In this document: positions 11,088-22,163 of the stretch, piece by piece | How positions within the stretch are numbered: the first letter of the stretch is position 1 | How the letters are laid out: each line of letters starts with the position of its first letter | Source of the DNA: Vulcanimicrobiota bacterium | GTDB taxonomy: Bacteria > Vulcanimicrobiota > Vulcanimicrobiia > Vulcanimicrobiales > Vulcanimicrobiaceae | Length of the DNA: 64,000 nt | Assembly: GCA_963777315.1 (NCBI GenBank) | Contig: CAVZQC010000002.1 | Span: forward strand, 64,001 to 128,000 | Direction: 5' to 3' | The notes under the pieces: model-generated | Database searches by the model: none | Told to the model about the DNA's origin: nothing | What the model saw: only the letters and a program-made list of their open reading frames with translations | Translations under genes and position numbers: made by a program

Positions 11088-11465
11088 TTGTCGCCTCTGT
11101 ATCACGCCGCCTTTACCAACGATCCGCGCAGCATCGTTCTCGCACGCAGTGCGATAGTTTCGTTCGCGCGTTTGTGCGGCTTCGGCCAAGCCGAAGCTGC
11201 CGACATTCAAACCGCGAGCGGAGAGGCGCTTCTCAATGCGTCACAATACGGTCGACGGGGTCCGCACGGCGGCGGCTTTTCGGTGCACTGCTCGTTCGAA
11301 CACGGCGAGCTGCGGATCGAGATCCAGGACAGCGGCCGCGGGTTCGACTCCGGCCGCGCCGGCGGCTTCGGCACCATCATCATGCGCACGCTGATGAACG
11401 ACATCAGCTACTCGCACGGCGGCACCCGCGTGCGGCTGATCAAACGCTTGGAGGCCGGCGGCTAA
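11088..11465 (+). CDS. RsbW-like anti-sigma factor / HATPase domain protein
   Basis: EALLNA, IQDSGRGF, GGFGTIIMRTLM; TTG start with GAGGG RBS. Confidence 0.8.
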   Translation: MSPLYHAAFTNDPRSIVLARSAIVSFARLCGFGQAEAADIQTASGEALLNASQYGRRGPHGGGFSVHCSFEHGELRIEIQDSGRGFDSGRAGGFGTIIMRTLMNDISYSHGGTRVRLIKRLEAGG

Positions 11466-11473
11466 TTCGCGGG

Positions 11474-12814
11474 CTACGGTTTGGCGTCGGCGATTTTTTT
11501 GGCTAGGATGCTGAGCGCCGCTTGCAGTTGGGCGTCGTGCTCAATCTCTCCGAAACGCGCATCCTTGTTTTCCGGCACCGCGTAATCGGGAGCGATGCCT
11601 TTGAGGTTGATGTCGCGGTTTTTCGGCGTGAGATAGTGCGCGGTGGTGATCTTGATCGCCGCGCCGTCGGGCAGCGCCGTCAGCGACTGCATGACGCCTT
11701 TGCCGAACGTTTTTTCACCGACAAGCACGCCGATGCCGTCGTCCTGCAGCGCTCCGGCGGTGATCTCCGAGGCCGAAGCCGTGTTCCGGTTGACCAGAAT
11801 GGCCATCGGTTTCTGCGGCAGAGCATCGGAGCCCGAATCGATCGTCGTCGTGTGCGAGCCGCGCTCCTCAATGGTCAGCAGCGGATCGCCGTTGATGAAT
11901 TTTGAACTGATGTCCAGCGCGGAATTCACGTAGCCCCCGCCGTCGTCCCGCAGATCGATCACGTAGCCGCGCACGGCGGATTTTTGCAAACGATCCAGCG
12001 CGAGCGCGAATTCGTCGGGCGTCTCGCGGCCGAACGCCAAGATCCAAATGTAGCCGACTTGCTGGGGCAGCATTTTGTAGATGACGGTCGGCGGCTGAAC
12101 CTCCGAACGCGTGATCGTCAGAACGCCGATCGGTCTGCCACCGCGCATGGCCGCGACCCGCACGGCGGTGCCGGCTCTGCCGCGCAGCAGTTTCGTAGCC
12201 TGCTCGGCGCCGTAGCCTTTCATCGAAACGCCGTCGGCGCTGGTCAGAACGTCGCCCGACTGCAGGCCGGCTTTTTCGGCCGGGGTGCCGGGAACGACGT
12301 AATACGCGCGCACGTATTTGCTGGCCGGATCGGGTTGGATCAACACCCCGATGCCGGAGATCTTTTCCGGGTCGAGTTCTTGATTGAATTGCCGGTATTG
12401 GTCGGGCGTGAAGAAAGCGGTGTACCGGTCGCCCAACGATTTGGCCATCGCGTCGATGACCTGATAGGTGAGCAACGTCGGCGGCTGATGCGCGGCGCTT
12501 TCAAAATGTTCGATTGCGGAAGCGAGCTGATCGACGTTGGCTTGCGCGCTGCCTTGGTCGCGCAGCACCGGAATGGTGACGTGCAATCCGCGCCGGTGCG
12601 CTTCGTCCGCGAGCGCTTGGCGTGCACCGTCCAACAGCTTTTGCGTATCGACCTTCGAGTAATACGTGGTCGAAAGCAGCTCGTAGCTTTCGCGCAAATC
12701 GTTGCCGGGCTGCGGCGACGGCGCGGCGCCCATGGTGAGCGGCAAGGCCAACGCCATTGCGGCCGTTACTGTTAAACGGCTCAAACGCCCGTGCATCAAG
12801 AGACTCGGTTTCAT
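11474..12814 (-). CDS. ctpA: Carboxyl-terminal processing protease (S41, PDZ domain)
   Basis: GIGV PDZ motif, DLRDDGGG, TASASEI, TFGKG, GIAPD. Confidence 0.9.
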   Translation of the reverse strand: MKPSLLMHGRLSRLTVTAAMALALPLTMGAAPSPQPGNDLRESYELLSTTYYSKVDTQKLLDGARQALADEAHRRGLHVTIPVLRDQGSAQANVDQLASAIEHFESAAHQPPTLLTYQVIDAMAKSLGDRYTAFFTPDQYRQFNQELDPEKISGIGVLIQPDPASKYVRAYYVVPGTPAEKAGLQSGDVLTSADGVSMKGYGAEQATKLLRGRAGTAVRVAAMRGGRPIGVLTITRSEVQPPTVIYKMLPQQVGYIWILAFGRETPDEFALALDRLQKSAVRGYVIDLRDDGGGYVNSALDISSKFINGDPLLTIEERGSHTTTIDSGSDALPQKPMAILVNRNTASASEITAGALQDDGIGVLVGEKTFGKGVMQSLTALPDGAAIKITTAHYLTPKNRDINLKGIAPDYAVPENKDARFGEIEHDAQLQAALSILAKKIADAKP

Positions 12815-13017
12815 GTACCCTTCAATATCCTACACGATGAACACGAGTCAAACCATAAGCGTGACCGGCATGGCGTGTCAACATTGGGCTCGATCGACAG
12901 CGAGCCGACGGTAATGCCGCGAGCAAGCGGGGTCTAGGTCGGGAAAAACAAGGCAGAACACGTTAAAGATCGGTAAAGCGCCTTAACTGAAGCCCAACAC
13001 ATGCCGATTTCGCGGTT

Positions 13018-14682
13018 ATGGCAAAGTTTGCGTATTGCGCCCTTCGGGCCACCTCCTTCATCACGCTTGCAGCACTGGTCGCAGCGTGCAGTTCATCTCC
13101 CACAGGCCTCACGCCCCCCATCGGAACATCCCCGCTTACGCCCTCGACCCAGCCGGGCTCCGGCGCGCAGTCGGCAGGGACGCTCGCGGTATCTTCCGGC
13201 CTGACGCTGATCCCTACGGGAAACGGCGCTCCGCTGCAGCTTTTCGACATGAGCGAGGGCGAGCGCGGTGACGTAAGCCAGACGATGGCCGCCAGTTCTC
13301 CATACGCCCATCGCAACGAAACGATCGTCGCGCCGCCTTCGCCGGCAATCGACACATGGGGCTGGATTTCTGCAAACTCCATCAACTCGTCATTCTTATC
13401 CGCGCAGAACTATACGGCGAATCTGAACGTCACCCAGCCCAACGCGAACATCTCGATCGTCGCAGTCAAAGTCTACCGCGTGGACGCGAACGCGGACGGC
13501 GGCGAGGATCACCAGGGACGTTCGGTCATCGGCACGTCTCACGTCAACGTTTCGCTCGGCACCGCCGGAGTCAAAACGTTTACGGTGACCGGCGCGGCCG
13601 TGAACGTCGATCCAACCGACAAGGTCGCAGTCAAATTTTATCTGGCCAACCGCATGCGTTCGAGCCAGGCGTTCGCGTTCGACGTCGGAACGCAAGGCGG
13701 TTCTTCGTTCACGCAAAGCGAGACGCCCAGCTCTGGACCGCCCACGCCGGGCCCGACCAAACCTCCGGTGCCGACGCCGACGCCGGTGACGGATCCCAAG
13801 CCGACGCCCACCAACGCGCCCACGCCCAAGCCGACTCCGCAGCCGACCAACAAGCCGACCCCGCAGCCGCCGCGGCCCACCCCGGTCCCGACGCACGCCC
13901 CCACCCCGGTTCCGACTGCGCGACCGACGGCCGCACCATCCGGCAACGGTATCAAGCACATCTCGCTGATCATCCTGGAAAACCGCGGTTACGACGAGGT
14001 CGTGGGTAACTCGACGCTGCCGTATCTGAACAGCTTGTTCAATTCCGGCGCGCTGCTCACGAACAGCCACGGCGTCTCGCATCCTTCCGAGCCCAACTAC
14101 ATGGGGCTGTACTCCGGATCGGTTCAAGGACTATCGAGCGACGCGTGTCCCGCTACGTCCTCGAGCGCAAACCTCTACACCGAAGCCATGGCCAAAGGCA
14201 TCACGATCAACAACTACGCCGAGGATCTGCCTTCGTCCAACATCTGCATCTCGGGCGAATACGGACGCCGGCATTTCGTGCCCGCGAACTTTACGAATAT
14301 CCCGTTCAGCTCGCTCAAGAACTTCGTTCCCGGCGATGCAGTCAGCGCGAACATCAACTTCATCGTTCCCAACCTGATCGACGACGGGCACGATGGAAGC
14401 GACGCACAGATGGATAGCTGGCTCCAGCGCACCGTTCCCTCGATTCTCTCGTACGACAACGCCAACGACGGCATGCTGATCATCACGTTCGACGAGGGCG
14501 AGGGCGACGAATACTCCAGCAACCAAATCGCAACGGTCGTTTTAGGACCGATGATCAAGCCCGGCCGTTACAGCCAATACGTGAACCACTATTCGATCCT
14601 TCGCATGATAGAAAACTCGTTCGGCCTGCCGGCAATCAACAACGCCGCTTCGGCAGCCGCTCCGAGCGCCATCCTCAAGTAG
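13018..14682 (+). CDS. Exported (lipo)protein: beta-rich domain, Pro/Thr linker and phosphoesterase (acid phosphatase/phospholipase C family)
   Basis: Lipobox LVAAC; (PT)n linker; ILENR, HPSEPNY, DGHD, TFDE, NHYSILR. Confidence 0.85.
   Translation: MAKFAYCALRATSFITLAALVAACSSSPTGLTPPIGTSPLTPSTQPGSGAQSAGTLAVSSGLTLIPTGNGAPLQLFDMSEGERGDVSQTMAASSPYAHRNETIVAPPSPAIDTWGWISANSINSSFLSAQNYTANLNVTQPNANISIVAVKVYRVDANADGGEDHQGRSVIGTSHVNVSLGTAGVKTFTVTGAAVNVDPTDKVAVKFYLANRMRSSQAFAFDVGTQGGSSFTQSETPSSGPPTPGPTKPPVPTPTPVTDPKPTPTNAPTPKPTPQPTNKPTPQPPRPTPVPTHAPTPVPTARPTAAPSGNGIKHISLIILENRGYDEVVGNSTLPYLNSLFNSGALLTNSHGVSHPSEPNYMGLYSGSVQGLSSDACPATSSSANLYTEAMAKGITINNYAEDLPSSNICISGEYGRRHFVPANFTNIPFSSLKNFVPGDAVSANINFIVPNLIDDGHDGSDAQMDSWLQRTVPSILSYDNANDGMLIITFDEGEGDEYSSNQIATVVLGPMIKPGRYSQYVNHYSILRMIENSFGLPAINNAASAAAPSAILK
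13736..13940 (+). repeat. Pro/Thr-rich low-complexity coding repeat
   Basis: Repeated CCGACG/CCCACG codons encoding PTPxPT units. Confidence 0.8.
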
Positions 14683-14706
14683 AGCGTCGACAGCGCACGC
14701 GCAAAG

Positions 14707-14736
14707 CAAGAAATCCGCCTCCGGGCGGATTTCTTG
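14707..14736. terminator. Probable bidirectional intrinsic terminator
   Basis: CAAGAAATCCGCC-TCCG-GGCGGATTTCTTG, a perfect 13-bp stem between convergent genes. Confidence 0.8.
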
Positions 14737-14751
14737 GCATTTGGGCGGCGG

Positions 14752-15687
14752 TCAGCGCAAGTCGTCAATCGCGTATACCTCTGACCTGCAGTATCCCGGC
14801 TCGTTCGGCTTTTGCATAATCACGCCCATGCTTCGGGCGCGATACCCGTGCGCGAGCATCCTGCGATACGCGCCGCTGCGCGCGGTGTTGACGCCCGCAA
14901 GGATGTGCTCGACGCCGTGCCGGCGGCCGAGTGCCTCGCAGGCATCGAGCAACCGCGCGAAACGTTCTTCGGCATCGCGATCCGAGCGCACCGCGCCGAA
15001 CTTGACGTAGCATGTTCCGCTGCCTGCTTCGCCCGCTCCGCAGTGGCAGACGGCAAAGCCGGTCAGCTCCGAATCGTCGTAAAGCAAAACGGTGTCGCCG
15101 AGCTTTTGCGCGTCGGTAAAACGGATCTCGTGCGTAACGTCGAGCCCGGCAAAGATCGCATCGGTCACCTGGCGGCAAGCATTCTCCAGTGATTCGCGCT
15201 CGCCGGGCGGCGCGGCAGAATAGGTGGCAAAGGTGGCTTGCGTCTGCGAGGCAATCGGCTTTCTCATCAACGCCGTCAGGTATTGCGGCCAAAATCCGAA
15301 TTTCTGATACAGCCCGATATGTTTAGGGCTGTCTGCAAAAGTAAAGAGCGCCGCTTGACGCAGGCCCCATTGGTCGAATAGTTTCATGGCCGGCTCCAGC
15401 AATGCACTGGCGACGCCCCGATCCCAAAAGTCGGGCCGTACCGTGAGGGGGCCCAAGAAGCCGAAGCTTCCCCATCTCGCTACGAGATTGGATCCGATCA
15501 CTTCGCCGTTGGATTTTGCCGCGAATGCCCACGCCGGCGCGGCAGCAAAGCGCGGGCGAACGCATTCCGCGTCGCCGAACACGAGCATCGGTTCCGGCGC
15601 TCCCAGAAATGTGCCGAAGGCGGTTCGCATGACGCGGTCGGCGGTGTCGACGTCGTCGGGTCGCAGCGCCGATATTGAAACGTTCAC
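14752..15687 (-). CDS. GNAT-family N-acetyltransferase (tandem GNAT)
   Basis: [19 protein letters not shown] (motif A), LYQKFGF; GTG start at 15687. Confidence 0.8.
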   Translation of the reverse strand: MNVSISALRPDDVDTADRVMRTAFGTFLGAPEPMLVFGDAECVRPRFAAAPAWAFAAKSNGEVIGSNLVARWGSFGFLGPLTVRPDFWDRGVASALLEPAMKLFDQWGLRQAALFTFADSPKHIGLYQKFGFWPQYLTALMRKPIASQTQATFATYSAAPPGERESLENACRQVTDAIFAGLDVTHEIRFTDAQKLGDTVLLYDDSELTGFAVCHCGAGEAGSGTCYVKFGAVRSDRDAEERFARLLDACEALGRRHGVEHILAGVNTARSGAYRRMLAHGYRARSMGVIMQKPNEPGYCRSEVYAIDDLR

Positions 15688-15711
15688 GTATCGATGATTG
15701 GCTACGAGCGC

Positions 15712-15740
15712 TTGACTTGCCGCCTTCGCTTTGATAGCCT
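15712..15740 (+). promoter_or_regulatory. Sigma70-type promoter of aceA
   Basis: TTGACT, 17 nt, TAGCCT, with an extended -10 TG. Confidence 0.65.
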
Positions 15741-15849
15741 GTCTCTCACTATCGGACCTCATCCAACGGAACAAAGGTTGTCATCCAATTGGAGCGGTCC
15801 AAAAACCCGGCCGACTGGAGCCGCGGGGTTTCAAGTGAAGGAGTTCAGC

Positions 15850-17163
15850 GTGACGACTGCATCGACCGCAACAACATTGGCTCATGAGTGGCGTGCCAAT
15901 CCGCGGTGGGACGGAATTCGGCGTTGCTATACTCCCGGCGCTGTGGAGCGGCTTCGCGGCTCAGTCCACATCGAATACACGTTGGCGCGCCTGGGAGCGG
16001 AACGCCTGTGGGCCCTTCTGCATCGGCAAGATCCGGTCGCGGCGCTAGGATGCCTTACCGGAAATCAGGCCGTGCAGGCAGTCAAGGCGGGACTCAAAGC
16101 GATATACCTGAGCGGCTGGCAAGTCGCCGCCGACGCGAACGTCGCCGGACAGATGTATCCGGATCAGAGTCTGTATCCGGTCAACAGCGTACCGTCGGTC
16201 GTCGAGCGCATCAACCATGCTCTACAGCGTGCCGATCAGATCGACTGCAGCGAAGGCAAGCGCGACACGGACTGGTTCGTGCCGATCGTCGCCGACGCGG
16301 AAGCCGGCTTTGGGGGAGCACTCAACGTGTTCGAGCTCACGAAGGCGATGATCGCAGCCGGCGCGGCCGGCGTGCATTTCGAAGATCAGCTCGCCTCGGA
16401 GAAAAAATGCGGCCACATGGGCGGCAAGGTGCTGATACCTACGCAGCAAGCCGTTCGCCATCTCGTCGCCGCCCGGTTTGCTGCCGACCTGCTCGACGTA
16501 CCGACGATCATCGTCGCCCGCACGGACGCAAACGCCGCGCAACTTCTTACCAGCGACGTCGACGTCCGCGATCGAGCGTTCTGCACGGGCGAACGGACCG
16601 CCGAAGGCTTCTACCGCATTCGGGGCGGAATCGACGCCGCGATTGCGCGCGGACTGGCTTACGCGCCGTATGCCGACTTGATTTGGTGTGAAACGTCGGA
16701 ACCGAACATCGACGAAGCGCGTAGATTCGCCGGCGCTATCCATGCAGCGTTCCCGGGCAAACTGCTCGCATACAACTGTTCGCCGTCGTTCAACTGGAAG
16801 AAAAAACTCGACGAGGACAGCATTGCAGCTTTCCGCGGGACACTCAACACCTTGGGCTATAAATTCCAGTTCATTACCCTTGCCGGGTTTCACGCCCTCA
16901 ATCACAGCATGTTCGAACTGGCGCGCGATTTCAACGAACGCGGAATGAGCGCGTATGCCGAATTCCAACAACGCGAGTTTGCAAGCGAGCCGTTAGGATA
17001 TACGGCAACCCGGCATCAACGCGAAGTCGGCACCGGGTACTTTGACGAGATCGCGCGCGTGGTTTCCGAAGGCACGTCGTCGACGACTGCCTTGAACGGG
17101 TCAACCGAGGAAGAACAATTTGCCGAACCTTGCCGCAGCCGTTCGGAAGGCGCCGTAGCATGA
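15850..17163 (+). CDS. aceA: Isocitrate lyase
   Basis: [43 protein letters not shown] start with AAGGAG RBS. Confidence 0.97.
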   Translation: MTTASTATTLAHEWRANPRWDGIRRCYTPGAVERLRGSVHIEYTLARLGAERLWALLHRQDPVAALGCLTGNQAVQAVKAGLKAIYLSGWQVAADANVAGQMYPDQSLYPVNSVPSVVERINHALQRADQIDCSEGKRDTDWFVPIVADAEAGFGGALNVFELTKAMIAAGAAGVHFEDQLASEKKCGHMGGKVLIPTQQAVRHLVAARFAADLLDVPTIIVARTDANAAQLLTSDVDVRDRAFCTGERTAEGFYRIRGGIDAAIARGLAYAPYADLIWCETSEPNIDEARRFAGAIHAAFPGKLLAYNCSPSFNWKKKLDEDSIAAFRGTLNTLGYKFQFITLAGFHALNHSMFELARDFNERGMSAYAEFQQREFASEPLGYTATRHQREVGTGYFDEIARVVSEGTSSTTALNGSTEEEQFAEPCRSRSEGAVA

Positions 17164-18698
17164 TGGCGATCCACACGCTCCCAGCGACGGGCATGAACGC
17201 CGCGCCGGCAGGCTTCACCGCCGAACGCGACCTGCCGGCCGGATTCGACACGTTCTATCGTCCGCTGCACGAACGGTTCACGCCGCGCGCGCACGACTTG
17301 GCAGCGCACCGGCAACTCCTACTCGAGCGTGCGCAGCAAGGGGTTTTGCCGACGTACTTGCACGCCGCCAAAAACCGCCCGACCGATTGGCGAATTGCGT
17401 TGCCGGATTGGTGTGCGGATCAGCGCAATCAAATGACGGGGCCGGCCGACGACGCCGAGCTCGTCGTCAAGATGCTCAACTCCGGCGCGCCCGGCGTCAT
17501 GCTCGACCTGGAAGACTCGATGGTCAACACGTGGGAGCACACCCTGCTGGGTCACGGCAACATCGTGCAGGCGTTGTACGGACAGCTCGAGTACTTCGAC
17601 GCCAAGCGCAATCGCACGGTCGGCATCGAACGCACCACAACGGTCGTGTGGAATCGCGTACGCGGGCTGCATCTTTCGCAGGCCGGCGTCTACGCCGAGC
17701 CAACCTGCGCATCGCTGTTTGACCTCGCGCTGCTGGCGCACCGGCTCGACCTCGGGCGGCTCGCGAACCGCACGCTCTGCATCTACATTCCAAAGTCGGA
17801 GTGCGCACAGGAGGCCCTGTGGTGGCGTGACGTGTTCGATGCGCTCATCGCCGCCAAAGCGTGGCCCGAGAATTCCATCAAATGCATGGCGCTGGTCGAA
17901 GCGCATCCGCTGGCTTACGAACTGGAAGAGTTCACCTATAATCTGCGCAATTATTTACTCGGCTTGAATTTGGGCCGCTGGGATTACATGGCGAGTCTGA
18001 TTCACTACAATCTCGCGGATCCTCGATGGGTGCTCCCGGATCGCAACACGATTCCAATCGACGTTGCGTTCTTTCAGCGCCTGCGCACGCTGATTCCGGA
18101 CGTCTGTCACAAGCACGGAATGCTCGCGATCGGCGGCATGACCGCGCTCTACCCGAGCCGAGAGGATCCGCAGCTCAACGAGCGTGCCTTGGAAGTCCTC
18201 GCTCGCGACAAGAAAAACGAAGCAGGCTGCTTGATGGACGGCGCCTGGACCGGTCATCCGGATCAAAACGAAATCGCCGTCGCGCAATTTCCGAACCCCA
18301 ATCAGCTCGGCAAACGTCCGCAAAACCTCAGCTTAACGCCGGATCTGCGCCCCGCACCCGCCGGCGTGGGCAGCACGACGCTGGAAGGCACGCGGGCCGC
18401 GATACGCACGGCGATCCGCTATCGCCATGGCGTGCTTTCGGGACGCGGTGCGAGTCTGCTCGACGGCTACATGGAAGACTTGGCAACGGATCGCATTTAC
18501 CGCTTGATGATAGCGCAGCGCCTGCGCCATCCGGGCGCATATACGCCGGACTCGCTCAGCGCAGCGTTCGATGCGGAGCTGCAGCGCATCCTGGACGAGT
18601 TGCCGCCTGAAACCGGCGAAGAAGAGCGCGGTCGCTATCGTCTTGCGCGCGAGCTATCGGAGCAAATGATCCTGCGCGGGGAATTCAATCCGGAATAG
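17160..18698 (+). CDS. aceB: Malate synthase
   Basis: [34 protein letters not shown]; start overlaps the aceA stop. Confidence 0.9.
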   Translation: MMAIHTLPATGMNAAPAGFTAERDLPAGFDTFYRPLHERFTPRAHDLAAHRQLLLERAQQGVLPTYLHAAKNRPTDWRIALPDWCADQRNQMTGPADDAELVVKMLNSGAPGVMLDLEDSMVNTWEHTLLGHGNIVQALYGQLEYFDAKRNRTVGIERTTTVVWNRVRGLHLSQAGVYAEPTCASLFDLALLAHRLDLGRLANRTLCIYIPKSECAQEALWWRDVFDALIAAKAWPENSIKCMALVEAHPLAYELEEFTYNLRNYLLGLNLGRWDYMASLIHYNLADPRWVLPDRNTIPIDVAFFQRLRTLIPDVCHKHGMLAIGGMTALYPSREDPQLNERALEVLARDKKNEAGCLMDGAWTGHPDQNEIAVAQFPNPNQLGKRPQNLSLTPDLRPAPAGVGSTTLEGTRAAIRTAIRYRHGVLSGRGASLLDGYMEDLATDRIYRLMIAQRLRHPGAYTPDSLSAAFDAELQRILDELPPETGEEERGRYRLARELSEQMILRGEFNPE

Positions 18699-18713
18699 TG
18701 AAGTGGCGTAGGC

Positions 18714-19031
18714 ATGATTGTCGTGACGACCGAGAACGTCGCCGGATATCGCGTCAATGAAACCAAGGGGCAAGTCTTCGGCGTAGTCGTACGCAGCCGG
18801 GGCCTGGGCTCGAACATCGTGGCCGGACTGCGTTCCATCCTCGGGGGCGAAATACGCGAGTACACGCAACTGCTGGAAGAAACCAGGCGGCACGCCGTGG
18901 ATAGGCTCGTGCAGAACGCGCAAACGATGGGGGCCGATGCCGTCATCATGATGCGCTTCGATTCCTCGGAGATTGGCACGATGAGCGAAATCGTCGCATA
19001 CGGCACGGCGGTAACGCTGGAACGCGCATAG
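18714..19031 (+). CDS. YbjQ/UPF0145 family protein
   Basis: GGEIREYTQLLEETR, GADAVI, AYGTAV. Confidence 0.9.
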   Translation: MIVVTTENVAGYRVNETKGQVFGVVVRSRGLGSNIVAGLRSILGGEIREYTQLLEETRRHAVDRLVQNAQTMGADAVIMMRFDSSEIGTMSEIVAYGTAVTLERA

Positions 19032-19319
19032 ATGTTGCGCGCCTTCGTGCTGGTTGCGGCAGCGGTGATGCTGGCTGTGGGAATCTATCTGCTGACGGCA
19101 AGGGGCGCGTCGCTGGGCGGTCTGCAGTTGTGCATCGTCGGCGCCCTGGTAATCGCCGGATTGCTGTTCGAGCGGCATTACCGCCCGCGCGTGCGGCAGA
19201 GCGATTCATGGCAGGCAACCGGCGAGCGTTTCATCGATCCGAACTCCGGCAAACTCATCGAAGTGCGCTATAATCCGCAGACCGGTGAGCGCTCCTACCA
19301 GGAGATTGAAGCGCCGTGA
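19032..19319 (+). CDS. Small membrane protein (2 TM helices) of unknown function
   Basis: Two hydrophobic helices followed by FERHY...TGERFIDP..G; abuts the ybjQ-like gene. Confidence 0.75.
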   Translation: MLRAFVLVAAAVMLAVGIYLLTARGASLGGLQLCIVGALVIAGLLFERHYRPRVRQSDSWQATGERFIDPNSGKLIEVRYNPQTGERSYQEIEAP

Positions 19320-19344
19320 GTCCGTGCGCCGCGCGTCGCGCGCG

Positions 19345-20922
19345 ATGAAGTGTTTTGCCGGGATGCTGGCTGTCGCCGTCGGCGTAACGGCTGCGTCGCC
19401 GGCCGCCGCCGCGCCGCAAAGCCGGATGGCTGCGGACGTACAGACGATCCTAGCGCGGCCGGCCCTGCGCGCATCGCAGCTGGGAATAGCATTTTACGAC
19501 CTCGACCGGCATCGGATGGCGTTTTCCCGCGATGCGGACAAATACTATGTGGCCGCATCCACGACGAAGCTGCTCACCGAAGGCACCTCGCTTGCGCTGC
19601 TGGGACCCGGCTATCGCTTTACGACAATCGTGTATCGCGACGGTAACGTCGATGCGGCGGGCACGCTGCATGGCGACCTGATCCTGCGCGCGGCGGGAGA
19701 TCCGAATCTTTCGAACCGCGTTCAGCCCAACGATACGCTGGCATTCGAAAACGAGGACCACGCGTACGGCGGAAGCGTGGATACCAAGGCCGTGTCCGGC
19801 GATCCTCTGGCGGTACTTGCGCAGTTCGCACGGCAAATATCGGCGCGCGACATCAAAGCCGTCACCGGACGCGTCCTGGTTGACGATTCGCTGTTTCCGG
19901 ACACGACCCAGGAGCTCGGAACCGGAACCACCGTGGCTCCCATCGCCGTGAACGACAACGTCGTTGACGTAACGGTCAGCCCTGGTGCAGCGGCCGGCGA
20001 TGCAGTCCGAATTTCGGTGTCGCCGCAAACGCCGTACGTTACGTTCGTCAACGGCGCGACGACCGGGGCGCCGCGCTCTGCGAACACGACGAACATGACT
20101 TCCGACGTGGAAGACGCGGCCGGCAACCGGCGCGTCACGATAACGGGCGTCTTCCCGAGCGATTCGCCATCCATTTTGTACGACTATCCGGTGCCTTCTC
20201 CGCGACGGTTCGCCGAAATTGCGCTCGAGCAGGCACTATCGCAAGCAGGCGTGCGGGTTCTGCACGGCGGCAGCAATACGCTGCCGGACGCTGCAAGTCT
20301 GACGCGCACCTATGCAGCGCAAAACGTCGTCGCTCGACACGTTTCGCCGCCGCTCTCGCAAGACGTGAAAGTGACGCTCAAGGTCAGCGACAATTTGCAC
20401 GCGGCGATGATGCCGTATTTGTGGGGCGCGCTCGTCGCCGGTAACAAAACTGATCCGCAAAGCGCGGGATTCAAGCTGGAGCGATCGTTTCTCGCGCGCG
20501 CCGGTTTTAATCCGCTCGACTTCGTGCAGAACGACGGAGAGGGCGCGAACGCCTTTTTCCAGCCCGCCGAAATCGTTCGTTACTTGGCATACTTGCGAAC
20601 GCAGCCGTACTTCGGCGCCGTCTACCGCGGTCTGCCGGTGCTGGGCGTCGACGGAACGCTGTTCAACATCCAAAACCATGCGCCGGCGGCGGGAAAAGTC
20701 CACGCCAAAACCGGGACCAATGGAACCGGCGATCTGCTCAACGGCGGCCGCTTGTTCTTGACGGGCAAGGGTCTTGCCGGATACTTCACCGCCCGCAGCG
20801 GGCGTCATTTCGCGTTTTGCGTGTATCTGAACAACTTTGGTCTGCCGGCCGGCAAAGATCCGTCGCAACCTGCCGGCCAAATCTTGGGAGAAATCGCCAA
20901 CGACGGATATTTGGATCTATGA
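19345..20922 (+). CDS. dacB: D-Ala-D-Ala carboxypeptidase/endopeptidase (PBP4, S13 family)
   Basis: ASTTK (SxxK), GDPNL, SDN, KTGT; signal peptide. Alternative start GTG 19324. Confidence 0.9.
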   Translation: MKCFAGMLAVAVGVTAASPAAAAPQSRMAADVQTILARPALRASQLGIAFYDLDRHRMAFSRDADKYYVAASTTKLLTEGTSLALLGPGYRFTTIVYRDGNVDAAGTLHGDLILRAAGDPNLSNRVQPNDTLAFENEDHAYGGSVDTKAVSGDPLAVLAQFARQISARDIKAVTGRVLVDDSLFPDTTQELGTGTTVAPIAVNDNVVDVTVSPGAAAGDAVRISVSPQTPYVTFVNGATTGAPRSANTTNMTSDVEDAAGNRRVTITGVFPSDSPSILYDYPVPSPRRFAEIALEQALSQAGVRVLHGGSNTLPDAASLTRTYAAQNVVARHVSPPLSQDVKVTLKVSDNLHAAMMPYLWGALVAGNKTDPQSAGFKLERSFLARAGFNPLDFVQNDGEGANAFFQPAEIVRYLAYLRTQPYFGAVYRGLPVLGVDGTLFNIQNHAPAAGKVHAKTGTNGTGDLLNGGRLFLTGKGLAGYFTARSGRHFAFCVYLNNFGLPAGKDPSQPAGQILGEIANDGYLDL

Positions 20923-20949
20923 CTGCTGCACGGCTGCGCTCGCTTCTGT

Positions 20950-22038
20950 TTACGCGCGAACGGTAAGCGGCGCTTTCTTCGTGCGTGCGAGGACGGCCGA
21001 CAGCGCGGACCAAATTTTCGCGCCTCCGTTGCGTACCGGATCGTCCGCAGGGAGTCCGGTTTCGCTTTCCGCTTGCGAAACGGCGGTTGCGGCGGCCGGC
21101 GGATCGAGCGCCGACGTGTCGAGCACGACTGCGGCGACGCGAGCGGGCTTAACCGGATGCAGCATCGCCTCATGCGCTTGCACCAGCGCTGCAAGACTCG
21201 GGATTTCATTATGAAAGCCGTCGATATGCGTCGTATGGGGACGATGGCAAAGGACGAGGGCATCCGGTGCGCTGCCGAACATCAACCCGACCGTTATGGG
21301 CGCGTAAGCAGGATGAAAGATCGACCCCTGGCCCTCGACCAGGAGCACCTCACTCTCGGGCGCGGCGCCGAGCACCAATTGTTCGGCGGCCCCCGTCACG
21401 AAATCCGAAATCACCCGATCCACGCAGATTCCGCGACCGGCGATGACGATGCCCGTTTGTCCGGTTGCGATGAACTCCGTGCGCGTGCCGGCGGCGCGCG
21501 CCGCACGCTCGATCTCCAGCATCGCGGTCATCTTGCCGACGCAGCAGTCGCTGCCGACGGCCAAGACGACGTTTTGCGGCACGTCGTATGCCGCTCCGCT
21601 AAAGATCGGAACGGTGCCGACGCGGCGCACGTCCCATAAACGCGCTCCGCTTTTGGCGGCGCGTGCGGCAACCTGGGGATCGTCGGCAAGAAATTGGTGC
21701 AGCCCGTTGACGATTTCCAAACCGGCATCGACGGCCTGCAAAACGATTTCGCGCAACGGTCCCGGCAGTATGCCGCCGACCGTCGCAACGCCGATCAGCA
21801 GCGACGTCGGCCGGTGCTGCATCGCATCGTGGAGGCTTGCGACGATGGGAGCATCGCTGGTGAGTCCCGGCGCCACGTCGCAAACCCTTTTGCCGGCGTA
21901 CCGTGAGTCGATCAGGGCCGCCACCTGCTCGGGCCGAAAACGTAGGATGCCGTGCGCAGTTTTGCCGGCGGAGGGATCGGCCAGATAACCTTCCGTCAGT
22001 ACGGCGTACCGCCGGTCGTCATTGGCTGGATTCCGCAT
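20950..22038 (-). CDS. DUF1611 family protein (DgcN-like D-amino-acid N-acetyltransferase)
   Basis: GKTAHG, GLHQFL, GSDCCVGKMT, ATGQTG, EGQGSIFHP. Confidence 0.85.
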   Translation of the reverse strand: MRNPANDDRRYAVLTEGYLADPSAGKTAHGILRFRPEQVAALIDSRYAGKRVCDVAPGLTSDAPIVASLHDAMQHRPTSLLIGVATVGGILPGPLREIVLQAVDAGLEIVNGLHQFLADDPQVAARAAKSGARLWDVRRVGTVPIFSGAAYDVPQNVVLAVGSDCCVGKMTAMLEIERAARAAGTRTEFIATGQTGIVIAGRGICVDRVISDFVTGAAEQLVLGAAPESEVLLVEGQGSIFHPAYAPITVGLMFGSAPDALVLCHRPHTTHIDGFHNEIPSLAALVQAHEAMLHPVKPARVAAVVLDTSALDPPAAATAVSQAESETGLPADDPVRNGGAKIWSALSAVLARTKKAPLTVRA

Positions 22039-22055
22039 TTAGGTGACCTTCCCGA

Positions 22056-22077
22056 GTGATGAACGAAATTTCATCAC
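22056..22077. promoter_or_regulatory. Inverted repeat, candidate operator upstream of the DUF1611 gene
   Basis: GTGATGAA-CGAAAT-TTCATCAC, with perfect 8-bp arms. Confidence 0.55.
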
Positions 22078-22163
22078 GTACGACGTTTTTTTGGCGACGG
22101 CGATACGTTACACGGCAAGAGTCCGCGACCCTTCCCGCTTGCGGACGACGCCGGTTGCGCGCT

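Noticed and set aside
13736..13940. Repetitive tract as a CRISPR array or non-coding tandem repeat
   Set aside because: It is an in-frame Pro/Thr linker with no constant repeat-spacer structure and no cas genes.
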